Shown piece after piece: positions 20,349 through 29,289 of a stretch of DNA of 64,000 bases (positions within the stretch are counted from its first letter, which is position 1; the number at the start of each line of letters is the position of its first letter). Source of the DNA: a virus; UHGV virus genome UHGV-0293664. One strand, given 5' to 3'. A program made the translations under genes and the position numbers. The notes under the pieces are model-generated. The model had not been told where the DNA came from. It saw only the letters and a program-made list of their open reading frames with translations, and made no database searches.

Positions 20349-21532
20349 TGTCAAGAAACGTATTTGAAAGTGGTCAAATCACTGTCCGTGAGTTGCCAGC
20401 TATCATTCAGTTTGCCCAGCGTCATAACCGATCTGTCCTGATTTTAGGACCAATGGGCGTGGGGAAGAGCCAGGTGATGAAGCAGATTGCCGATAATATG
20501 TTCGGTGAGCGAGATGACAACCTGGTTGACGTGCGACTGTCAGATAAAGATCCTGCCGACTTATCTGGGCTACCTATCCCTGTAGAAGCGGATGGAACTA
20601 CACGTACAGTGTTTGCAATTCCAGAATTCTGGCCTGCAGATCCAGACTGGAGCGGGATTATCTTTCTGGATGAGCTTACTCATGCAGATAACTATCTACA
20701 AAAGGTTGCAATGCAGATTATGCTCGACCACAAGTGCGGCACCTATGCATTCCCTAAAGGCTCTGTTTTTGTGGCTGCGGGTAACCGTTCTACAGATGGT
20801 GCGGTTCTTTCGGCGCTCGAAGCCCCTCTGGCTAACCGTTTTATCATTGTAGAAGTTACAAGCAATGCAGAGGTGTTTATTGAGGACTACGCATTCCTTA
20901 ATGGGGTGCATTCCTCTGTAATTGGGTATCTGAAAAGAGTTCCATCAGCTATCGATAATTATGAGGCTATGGCTGAGATTAATTGTCCATCTTTTGCCAC
21001 ACCGCGATCTTGGGTTGCTGCATCTGACATCTTGCACGATTTTGACAGCGGTATTATTTCTGACGCTATGGCCCGTGTTCTTCTGCAAGGTGCTATTGGT
21101 CACACTGCAGCGGTAGAGATCTGGACCTACCACACCAAGAAACGCAACTTACCGGAAATCGGTCGGATTATGGCAGGGGGTTGCAAAGAATACGTAGGTC
21201 CTAAACAGCCAGACATTTTGTGGATTCTTGGATCTGAAGGTTGTATCGCTATTCGTAATATGATGGAAAATGCAAGTATCTCCGACGAAGATCTTGTCAG
21301 CTGCGTGGCAAACTTCCTCGATTTCCTTTGGGAAAACTTCAAAGACGAGAACCGAGATTTTGTATTCTCAGTCTTTATGGCGATGATGAAACCTAATGCC
21401 TTAGGAAATGCCTTGCTTATCGGTAAAGGGCGTGACAAGATTGTTGCTCAGCTGATCAAAGCATACCCAAACCTGATGAAGATTGTAAAAGAGTTTGGTG
21501 AAGAGTTTAGCGCCATTTTGGCTAAAGCTTAA
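20348..21532 (+). CDS. MoxR-like AAA+ ATPase
   Basis: 394 aa; Walker A LILGPMGVGKSQ; Walker B IIFLDELTHA; AAGNRS and LANRF motifs. Confidence 0.85.
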   Translation: MSRNVFESGQITVRELPAIIQFAQRHNRSVLILGPMGVGKSQVMKQIADNMFGERDDNLVDVRLSDKDPADLSGLPIPVEADGTTRTVFAIPEFWPADPDWSGIIFLDELTHADNYLQKVAMQIMLDHKCGTYAFPKGSVFVAAGNRSTDGAVLSALEAPLANRFIIVEVTSNAEVFIEDYAFLNGVHSSVIGYLKRVPSAIDNYEAMAEINCPSFATPRSWVAASDILHDFDSGIISDAMARVLLQGAIGHTAAVEIWTYHTKKRNLPEIGRIMAGGCKEYVGPKQPDILWILGSEGCIAIRNMMENASISDEDLVSCVANFLDFLWENFKDENRDFVFSVFMAMMKPNALGNALLIGKGRDKIVAQLIKAYPNLMKIVKEFGEEFSAILAKA

Positions 21533-21541
21533 GGGGGTTGT

Positions 21542-21922
21542 ATGGCTAAAGTAGGTAAGCGGGGAAACTACCTGGTGGTATTGACCGAGGAGCCAGAGAA
21601 GGAGTACGAATGCAGCTCCACTTGCGTGATCGATATCCGAGAAAAAGATGTAGATGAAATCTGGTTTGAAATATTAGACGCTTGCGACAGCAGTGATTAT
21701 TTCTTCATCTATGTCAACGATAAGGCTGGGTTCTTCCATGACGACGGAGAGTTGCCGTATGAAATCTATGAACTTGTAGAGGCTTGCCATCGCGGAGATG
21801 CGGAGTTGTTTGGCCTACGGCTGAAAAGCGGTAAATTCTTCTATCAAGATGAGTGCATGAATCTTCATAACTTTGTAGAGGGAACTTGCAACGATGGAGA
21901 GATTTTGGCACACTACGATTAA
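21542..21922 (+). CDS. hypothetical protein
   Basis: 126 aa; SD AAGGGGG. Confidence 0.75.
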   Translation: MAKVGKRGNYLVVLTEEPEKEYECSSTCVIDIREKDVDEIWFEILDACDSSDYFFIYVNDKAGFFHDDGELPYEIYELVEACHRGDAELFGLRLKSGKFFYQDECMNLHNFVEGTCNDGEILAHYD

Positions 21923-21933
21923 TTTCTAAGACA

Positions 21934-21960
21934 CCCCGCTTCGGCGGGGATTTTCTATTT
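21934..21960 (+). terminator. intrinsic terminator
   Basis: CCCCGC-TTCG-GCGGGG hairpin then ATTTTCTATTT. Confidence 0.7.
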
Positions 21961-21969
21961 GGAGTTATT

Positions 21970-22470
21970 GTGAAAATTAAGATCTTTGCTATTATTTTGA
22001 GCGCATTTTTATCGCTGCCTGTTGTTGCAGCACCAAAACAAAAAGTATATCATACTTGCAAGCCCTCAGATACTAAGGAAAACATTCTGGCATGCAATAT
22101 CTACAGGGAAGCTAGAGGGGATGGCACGATGGGTATGCTGGCATCTGGGTTTGCCACACTAAACAGGAAATCTCACCCCAAATACCCAGACACTATAAGA
22201 AAGATCGTCTACCAACCTAACCAGTTTTCGTGGACAAACCACGGCAAAACTTTTAAGGTGACAGAAAAAGATTCATGGGATCACGCTAAAAGTCTTGCAA
22301 AGATGCTTCTAAAGGTCTATAATAACAACCATGTTGCATACATGGCTATGGATATAACAGGTGGAGCAACACACTACCATACAACCAAAGTACGACCGAA
22401 ATGGGCAAAAAAGATGCAGAGGACAGCTCAATTCGGGAACCATATCTACTACAAGGAGCGCAATAAATGA
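21970..22470 (+). CDS. SleB-like cell wall hydrolase with N-terminal signal peptide
   Basis: GTG 21970 after GGAG; MKIKIFAIILSAFLSLPVVAAPK signal-like N-terminus; YREARGDG...LNR...YQPNQFSW matches Hydrolase_2/SleB pattern. Confidence 0.7.
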   Translation: MKIKIFAIILSAFLSLPVVAAPKQKVYHTCKPSDTKENILACNIYREARGDGTMGMLASGFATLNRKSHPKYPDTIRKIVYQPNQFSWTNHGKTFKVTEKDSWDHAKSLAKMLLKVYNNNHVAYMAMDITGGATHYHTTKVRPKWAKKMQRTAQFGNHIYYKERNK

Positions 22471-24449
22471 TCGTAAACAGTAATGAAACTAAAGCGGTAC
22501 TGACCGGGAATATGGAGGTCACCAGGGGCTCAATTTCTCTGAACAAAGAGACTTTTGGGCTAATCATTAAAGGGATTTACGAAGATAAGGTGCTGGCAAG
22601 CTGCCGTGAACCAATCTTCAATGCTGTGGACTCCCATGTTGAGTCTGGACGGGGTGATGTACCGATCATCATTCACTCTCCTACAGACCTTGAACCATAC
22701 TTCTTTGTGCAGGACGTTGGATTGGGCATGTCAGAAGAGATGGTCCGTAACACTTTCATGAACCTCGGGGAGTCAACCAAGCGCAACAGCAACGCCCTGG
22801 TTGGCAATAAAGGTGTTGGTTCAAAGGCCCCGTTCAGCATGGTGGACACTTTCGATGTGATCAGTGTGCACAATGGGGTTGAAAGCACATATCTATTGTT
22901 CTTGGATCAGGGTATCCCAAACGTTACCAAGATCCGCGAGCGGAAGACCGAAGAGCACAATGGGGTAAAAGTTCAGTTCCATGTTAAGAAAGAGCATGTT
23001 CTGAAATATCGCACTGCTATTGCGTCATGCCTACGCTATGCAAAGTTTCCGTTTACCGTTACCGACCCTATGACCAGTAAGATGCTGGAAGGTGACAAGG
23101 TTGAGGCGCAGTATCACTACGAGAAGGATGGTTGGAAAATGACCATCCTGAAAGGTTATACCAGCTCTGATGAGAGCCGTGTGGTGATGGGACACCAACC
23201 TTACCGCTCTAAGTTCCTGGAAACATTGACAGACTACCCTGCAATCTGTGTGGAGATCCCTATCGGGGATTGCAATATTAACCCTGGGCGCGAATGGACC
23301 ATAGAGGGTCACGACGATGGTGGATTCCAAGAGCGTCTGGAGGCTTTTGTCAAAGAGGGTATCCGTCTTCGTGGGGCAGAAGTTGTTGCGGAATTGGAAA
23401 CAGCAAAAACATCCTCAGAAGCACGCGAAATGATGAAGAACAGCGGAGTGTTCGGGCACATCTTCGGTAAGAATTTTATGTGGGAACGATGGGAAGAGAC
23501 AGGCCTAGGAAATTTGGGGGACTGTGAGATCTTCGCTGGCGGCTTAAATAAAGGCCGCATAGGTTACGCTTGTTACGGAAAGGTAGAATTCTTACGGGGA
23601 GTCTATTTAGTATTTAACGACGGAGACGGCAAATATAACCGAAATAAGTGTAACTACTTAAGCGAGATCACCGGACGCAACGTTTTCTATTGCCGGAACA
23701 CGGATCTGGTGAAAGAGTTTAAAGAGGCGGCACACCATCCGTTCTTTGCAGATACGATCAAATTGTTATCAGAGCTCCCTCGCCGACCTGCGAAGAAAGG
23801 TGAAACAAAAACTCATTATGAGCCAGGCTATTGGGTTAAAAAACTTGAGGATGATGGTTACTTCCGTCGTGAGCGTATTACTAAGGCAGAGTTCAAGAAG
23901 ATTAAGCACTGCATTCCTTATGAGGGCGATATCCAACGTGGAAGTTGTTGGCTGGGACAGCTGAGTAACATCTACCAGCAAAATTATGACCGTGTGCGTG
24001 CGGCACTCCAAATTCCTGAAGGTGAAGATCTGTACTTGGTATCAGAATCTCGTCTGCTTTGGACTGATCCTGATTGCCAGTATGTTACAGAGAAGAGTGT
24101 GGAACATTTGTTGAAAGAGGATGCTTGGAAATTCTTACTGACTCGCGCAGCAAATGAAACCTCATATGACAGCCTGTATAGACAATTAGGGAAAATTATC
24201 CCCATGCAAGATTTTGGAAATTATCGGCCACATTTCCACAAGTGGGAAGGTAACACCGCGTGGAAGCACAGTGAGCTAAATCATCGTGCCAAAATCTTAA
24301 TCGCCAACCGAGTTAAGTGCGGGAAGGCCTATATTGCAAGATTGGAAAAGAAATATCCACTTTTGAAGCATGTGGGCTTGAAATATTGGGACACTCCTGC
24401 TATGATTGAATACCGTGAACTGATTGATACAAAGAATAACACCAACTAA
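22467..24449 (+). CDS. GHKL-type ATPase domain protein
   Basis: 660 aa; Bergerat-fold motifs: N box E..FNAVDS, G1 VQDVGLGMS, G2 GNKGVGSKAPFS. Confidence 0.8.
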   Translation: MIVNSNETKAVLTGNMEVTRGSISLNKETFGLIIKGIYEDKVLASCREPIFNAVDSHVESGRGDVPIIIHSPTDLEPYFFVQDVGLGMSEEMVRNTFMNLGESTKRNSNALVGNKGVGSKAPFSMVDTFDVISVHNGVESTYLLFLDQGIPNVTKIRERKTEEHNGVKVQFHVKKEHVLKYRTAIASCLRYAKFPFTVTDPMTSKMLEGDKVEAQYHYEKDGWKMTILKGYTSSDESRVVMGHQPYRSKFLETLTDYPAICVEIPIGDCNINPGREWTIEGHDDGGFQERLEAFVKEGIRLRGAEVVAELETAKTSSEAREMMKNSGVFGHIFGKNFMWERWEETGLGNLGDCEIFAGGLNKGRIGYACYGKVEFLRGVYLVFNDGDGKYNRNKCNYLSEITGRNVFYCRNTDLVKEFKEAAHHPFFADTIKLLSELPRRPAKKGETKTHYEPGYWVKKLEDDGYFRRERITKAEFKKIKHCIPYEGDIQRGSCWLGQLSNIYQQNYDRVRAALQIPEGEDLYLVSESRLLWTDPDCQYVTEKSVEHLLKEDAWKFLLTRAANETSYDSLYRQLGKIIPMQDFGNYRPHFHKWEGNTAWKHSELNHRAKILIANRVKCGKAYIARLEKKYPLLKHVGLKYWDTPAMIEYRELIDTKNNTN

Positions 24450-24459
24450 GGAGACCAAG

Positions 24460-25665
24460 ATGATTTTCATCTACGAACATTTCAAAACTCGTAAAGAAGC
24501 ACGTGACCGCCGTGCAGAACTTGAGAAGAAGGGTTTCACATGTGCCATTGAGAAAGGTGATACAACCTGGACACTAGCAGTTGGTGCCCCAGAGCTGTTC
24601 GATCCTGACCGTGACAGCGTCTGCTACACCCGTGAGGATTTTGAAACCCGTGAAGAGGCCCGTTTATTTCGATATGGGCTGGAAGATAACGGTAAGTACG
24701 CCATGATCTTAGACTTAGGCGAAGGTTCCGTTAAACGTTGGGGCGTGGTATACCCACTGTGTGTTGTTCACGGTGTGGGGTTCACTGGTGTAGCAATCAA
24801 GTCAGAAGAACCTTTAGTAGAAGTCAAAGATCCGGTGCTGGAGGTGGTGAGCAGTGTGTCTCAGCAACAGACTCGAAGCATCGAGCCTTTGGTAGTTATT
24901 TGCGGAGAACTCCTCCAGATCACCTGCAACGAAGGCATTTTTGAAATTCGCCGCAGTGAAAGTGAGGAAGTTTACCAGAAAGTCTTTGACCATATCTCTG
25001 TTCAGGAATATGACGAGGCAATTGGTGAAATCCTTGTCTGGCTGGAACGCAAGAATGAGTTCACCACACTTGCAGACAACTTGATCATGAAAGATGGCAA
25101 GCTCTACTACTACGGCGTAGAGATGCGATCCACTATTGCAAAGAAAATTGAGAAAGACTATGCAGACGGAACATTGGATGACCGCTATGTGAAATTCCTC
25201 GTTCGACTGCTACGCAATCCATCTGCAAAATCTGTAAACATGCTCTACGATTTTATGCAGGCCAATGATATTCAGATTGCAGAAGATGGTCGAATCATTT
25301 GCTACAAAGGCGTTCAGTTTAACGGCAGCAAGTGGGTGGATTGGCACAGTGGTAAAGTCCCACAATACCAAGGTGCTTTTGTATCCATGCCTCGTAACTT
25401 TGTAGAGGATGATCCTGAAGCTGCGTGCTCCTATGGCTTACACTGCGCCAGCAAAGAGTATGCAAAGAGCTACGGCACTGTAATGACTGTTATGGTTGAC
25501 CCTGCAGATGTGGTTAGTGTGCCATACCAACACAATAGCGCTAAGTGCCGTGCATGCCGCTATGAGATTGTGGTAGCTCCGGAAGCACGCAAGGACGGCG
25601 ACCCGATTGAATACGTGGTTGACCGAGACGGTAACACTATCGACATTCTTTACGAGGAGGCGTAA
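24460..25665 (+). CDS. hypothetical protein
   Basis: ATG 24460 preceded by AAGGAG (track start 24424 is TTG inside upstream gene); 401 aa. Confidence 0.8.
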   Translation: MIFIYEHFKTRKEARDRRAELEKKGFTCAIEKGDTTWTLAVGAPELFDPDRDSVCYTREDFETREEARLFRYGLEDNGKYAMILDLGEGSVKRWGVVYPLCVVHGVGFTGVAIKSEEPLVEVKDPVLEVVSSVSQQQTRSIEPLVVICGELLQITCNEGIFEIRRSESEEVYQKVFDHISVQEYDEAIGEILVWLERKNEFTTLADNLIMKDGKLYYYGVEMRSTIAKKIEKDYADGTLDDRYVKFLVRLLRNPSAKSVNMLYDFMQANDIQIAEDGRIICYKGVQFNGSKWVDWHSGKVPQYQGAFVSMPRNFVEDDPEAACSYGLHCASKEYAKSYGTVMTVMVDPADVVSVPYQHNSAKCRACRYEIVVAPEARKDGDPIEYVVDRDGNTIDILYEEA

Positions 25666-27035
25666 TGGAAAAAGGGCAGTATGATGTAGGCACAGATGCT
25701 GCCCTTGTTGCAATCATGAGCGGTGAGAATGTCTTCGTTTCAGGACCCGCAGGTTGTGGGAAGACGTACCTCATCAACATGATCCAGTCAATGTATGGAG
25801 ACTCTTGCATAACGGTTGCCCCGACAGGGGTAGCCGCTTTAAACGTTAATGGAGCAACAGCACACCGAACCTTCGATCTTGCAGCAGGTGTGAGCATGGA
25901 GTCAGACTGGACCGCAATAAGGGCAAAAACAGCAAAGCCTTTGAAAAGCAAGGCATTTACCATCCTAATTATCGATGAAATCTCTATGATCCGTGCTGAT
26001 AAGTTTATAGAGATGGATAGGAAACTCCGCTTCCTTCGAAAAAATGACAAACCTTTCGGAGGCATACAGGTCATATTGTTTGGCGATTTTTACCAGGCAC
26101 CTCCTGTTGTCTCTTCTATGGAGAAGGAGGCCTACTTCAACTTCTACCACACAGACCTATGTTGCTATACCGAATCTTGGAAAGAGCTTGACCTTCACAA
26201 CATAGCCCTAATAGACCAGTTCCGACAGGAGTCTATTCGATTTGCCACAATGCTCAACTGTGTTCGTGAGGGTCGTCGCATAAAAGAGGTTGTAGCAGAA
26301 CTTAATGCTCGCTGTTACAAAGGCGGTGTACCAACAGACGCTCTCACAATTTGCGCCACCAACAAACAAGCAGAGGAAGTGAACAGAAGGTTCTATGATG
26401 CCATCAACGCCCCAGAGAAGGTATACACTGGTGAAATGAAGGGTAAGTTTCCCTCCACCCTGCCAGTGGAGCAGGAGATGAAGTTGAAAATTGGCATGAA
26501 AGTTATGATAACCGCCAACGATGTTGACCCGACGCACAAAGTACCTTATTATGTTAACGGAACACGTGCCACAATTGTTAAATTTAAGAACAAGGCGGTG
26601 GTGGTAGAGCTTGAAGATGGAACACAGGTTGACATAGAGCAGAGGTTGTGGGAGAATAACGAGTATAAGCCATCTCAGAGATACAACATTGCAGAAAGGA
26701 AGATGGAGAAGTTTATAGAGAGGGTAGTGATTGGGTCATACAAGCAACTTCCTCTGAAATCTGGGTACGCCGTAACATCTCATAAAAGTCAAGGACTTAC
26801 GTTAGATTGTTACAACCTAGACCTTGGAAAGAACGGAGCTTTCTCTCCTGGTATGACGTATGTTGCTTTGAGTAGAGTTAAGACAATACAAGGAATAAAC
26901 TTGTTGCGTCCACTAAGAGAGGTTGACATTATTGTTGACCCGCGAGTCGTAGAGTTTTACAATACAACATTCCCTGACTTAGACAAAATTGTCAGGAAAG
27001 ATTTTGAAACCAGAGCAGAAGAGGGGGACGTATGA
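25665..27035 (+). CDS. SF1B DNA helicase (Dda/RecD/Pif1-like)
   Basis: 456 aa; Walker A GPAGCGKT; Walker B IIDEISM; TSHKSQG motif. Confidence 0.9.
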   Translation: MEKGQYDVGTDAALVAIMSGENVFVSGPAGCGKTYLINMIQSMYGDSCITVAPTGVAALNVNGATAHRTFDLAAGVSMESDWTAIRAKTAKPLKSKAFTILIIDEISMIRADKFIEMDRKLRFLRKNDKPFGGIQVILFGDFYQAPPVVSSMEKEAYFNFYHTDLCCYTESWKELDLHNIALIDQFRQESIRFATMLNCVREGRRIKEVVAELNARCYKGGVPTDALTICATNKQAEEVNRRFYDAINAPEKVYTGEMKGKFPSTLPVEQEMKLKIGMKVMITANDVDPTHKVPYYVNGTRATIVKFKNKAVVVELEDGTQVDIEQRLWENNEYKPSQRYNIAERKMEKFIERVVIGSYKQLPLKSGYAVTSHKSQGLTLDCYNLDLGKNGAFSPGMTYVALSRVKTIQGINLLRPLREVDIIVDPRVVEFYNTTFPDLDKIVRKDFETRAEEGDV

Positions 27036-27373
27036 GTTTGTGGAGAAATATCGTTAACTACGTGTGTGGCAATCCAACCCCTGAAGAGAAGGATGTTGTG
27101 ATTCACGATTTTACTAAAAGATCTCGTGAAAAAGATCTACTGCTAACAAAGGTGACTGATAAAGATCCCGCAGTAGGGGACTGGGCAGGTTTTGCATTTA
27201 CATCGGACAAATACACCTTTAACAAAGGTGACTACCTTGTTGTGGATTTTAACGAAGACATTGAGGGTGCTGAACCTTACTATCAGACCCTTATTGTTGC
27301 AGGGTGTGTTGATCTCTCTGCAGGTATGCACAGTTTGATTCTTTTTGAGCTTGACTCTGAAGACCTTGAGTAG
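27032..27373 (+). CDS. hypothetical protein
   Basis: 113 aa; start overlaps helicase stop. Confidence 0.7.
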   Translation: MSLWRNIVNYVCGNPTPEEKDVVIHDFTKRSREKDLLLTKVTDKDPAVGDWAGFAFTSDKYTFNKGDYLVVDFNEDIEGAEPYYQTLIVAGCVDLSAGMHSLILFELDSEDLE

Positions 27374-27433
27374 TAAGATGTGAGTCTAAAGGGGAGGCAC
27401 TCCTCCCCACAAAAACTAAGGAAGCACTAAACG

Positions 27434-27736
27434 ATGAAACGTTATAAACCATACACTTTTGAAATCGATTTCGAACTTGACGATATGTTTACTGTGGAGG
27501 CTCAGGCAGTTGTCCAGTTGCCAGACCCGGAGTGCCGTGATTCTGATGTTGACTATTACGGATTTAGACAAATTACCGATGTGCATGTTTACCACAACGG
27601 TGAAGAGGTGGACTTCTACAAATTGCCAAACGATATGCGCCACTCAATTTACAAACGTGCAGCCCGTGAACTAGATTCCTATCTGGATGCAGCGACGACA
27701 GCAGCTGCATTTGCCGAAGAAGTGGGAGGTTTCTGA
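27434..27736 (+). CDS. hypothetical protein
   Basis: 100 aa; SD AAGGAAG. Confidence 0.7.
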   Translation: MKRYKPYTFEIDFELDDMFTVEAQAVVQLPDPECRDSDVDYYGFRQITDVHVYHNGEEVDFYKLPNDMRHSIYKRAARELDSYLDAATTAAAFAEEVGGF

Positions 27737-28131
27737 TGATTACAGGTGTGAAGATTATCCAATACCACTTAACTAAATTGGAAGATGCTGAAAAAGAGCT
27801 TGCAGAAGTTCTGAACAGTGGATATACTTTGCTATCATGCGCCTGCTCAGACACCTACGCTGTGTGGACACTTACCCGGAAGGAAGAGCCTGCATGGATC
27901 TTGGTGCCAAACCCTAAGATTATTAGTGAGGTGGATGACTACCCCCAGGACGGCCTGCCAGAAGGCTGGGAAGTATGGGAAGGTGGTGAAAACCCTGCAC
28001 CAGGTAAGTGGGTAAAATACAAACTACGTAGTGGTGCACAGTACGCTGACTACTCTGATGACCTAGACTGGAGTCATTCTTCACCAGGATCATCTGCAAG
28101 TTCATATGATATCGTTGCTTTTCAGGAATAA
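27736..28131 (+). CDS. hypothetical protein
   Basis: 131 aa; start overlaps stop. Confidence 0.7.
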   Translation: MITGVKIIQYHLTKLEDAEKELAEVLNSGYTLLSCACSDTYAVWTLTRKEEPAWILVPNPKIISEVDDYPQDGLPEGWEVWEGGENPAPGKWVKYKLRSGAQYADYSDDLDWSHSSPGSSASSYDIVAFQE

Positions 28132-28143
28132 GGAGAGAGCGCT

Positions 28144-28626
28144 ATGTCAGATTTTATGTGGAAAGTAGGCTATGCCACTCCTGAAATGTGTGAGGCTTGC
28201 TTTGTGAAAATAGGCCGCGAGGATATCGACAAAGTGATCCTTAAGTTTCGTGATGTAGCTGTGATCGGCAACCGAGTGCTTAAGCACTTAAAGAATCTGA
28301 AGCTAACCAAAAAGAAGTTCTTCGGACTTTTCGAAGAGAAAGTTGATGCTTGGACCCATTGCATTCAGGAAGCGAAATCTCACTACAGTGCTATCGTTAC
28401 TCCAGAACGGGTAGCTAAGATGGAAGGATTCATCAACAGCACAGAATTTGAGTGTCTGAAAGCTGCACTCGATAGTTATCCGAAATGCCTCAAGCACTTG
28501 GACAAGTATGTAGAAAAGGATGGGGAAATGTATCTCACCCTAGACGCATATTATGAGATGCAAGAAATTTTAAATTTAGATTTGACATTGGTATCCACCG
28601 AGTATACAATAGGTATCCGGGTTTAA
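28144..28626 (+). CDS. hypothetical protein
   Basis: 160 aa; SD AAGGAGAG. Confidence 0.75.
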   Translation: MSDFMWKVGYATPEMCEACFVKIGREDIDKVILKFRDVAVIGNRVLKHLKNLKLTKKKFFGLFEEKVDAWTHCIQEAKSHYSAIVTPERVAKMEGFINSTEFECLKAALDSYPKCLKHLDKYVEKDGEMYLTLDAYYEMQEILNLDLTLVSTEYTIGIRV

Positions 28627-28633
28627 CACTAGG

Positions 28634-28659
28634 CCCTGCCCGAAAGGGTGGGGCTTTTT
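28634..28659 (+). terminator. intrinsic terminator with GAAA tetraloop (copy 1 of 2)
   Basis: CCCTGCCC-GAAA-GGGTGGGG then CTTTTT; same hairpin at 39347. Confidence 0.75.
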
Positions 28660-28677
28660 GCATTAGGAGACAGCAAA

Positions 28678-29289
28678 TTGAAATTTATATACAAAGAACA
28701 CTACCACAAAGGTGTTGTGTGGAGTCTATTTGACGGGTCTGGTGGTGCAGTCATTGACTGGGCAAAAGCTGGGTACCTGTGCCTGTGCTTTAATGCAGAA
28801 GGTGCTGATCACGGCAGTTATGCAGAGGTGATCACCGATCATCCCAACATTCACTATGTTGATTATTGGATTGACCCATGGTTCCCTCAGGAAACTTTTT
28901 GCATGTACCCAGCTCCAGACTTTATTCTTGCATTTCCTCCGTGCACGCATTTAGCGGTGTCAGGTGCTGCACATTTTAAGAAAAAGCTGGCTAAGGACCC
29001 CCTGATCCAAATTAATGCTGTAAAGGATGCTCGGGTTGCGGAAGAGCTGGGAGAGATTTACGATTGCCCGTGGCATGTAGAGAATCCTGTGGGTGTTATG
29101 TCCACACTGTGGCGCAAACCTGTCCCGCAAATAGTTGACGTGGTTAGCGGGTATTCCATGCAACACGCCAAGCTGGGTGGAAAGAGTGCAAGAACGAAGA
29201 TGATTCGAAGCCTCACACCACGTGGCTGGGCAAAAGCCGTATTCTTAGCAAACGAGCCTGTAGTAAGGAGCAGAATTAATGGGAAGTAA
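28678..29289 (+). CDS. DNA cytosine-5 methyltransferase-like protein (catalytic core only)
   Basis: Motif I LFDGSGG...AG; motif IV FPPCTHLAVSG (PC dipeptide); motif VI HVENPVG; start uncertain (TTG 28678 after AGGAG; track start 28648 lies inside terminator). Confidence 0.7.
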   Translation: MKFIYKEHYHKGVVWSLFDGSGGAVIDWAKAGYLCLCFNAEGADHGSYAEVITDHPNIHYVDYWIDPWFPQETFCMYPAPDFILAFPPCTHLAVSGAAHFKKKLAKDPLIQINAVKDARVAEELGEIYDCPWHVENPVGVMSTLWRKPVPQIVDVVSGYSMQHAKLGGKSARTKMIRSLTPRGWAKAVFLANEPVVRSRINGK

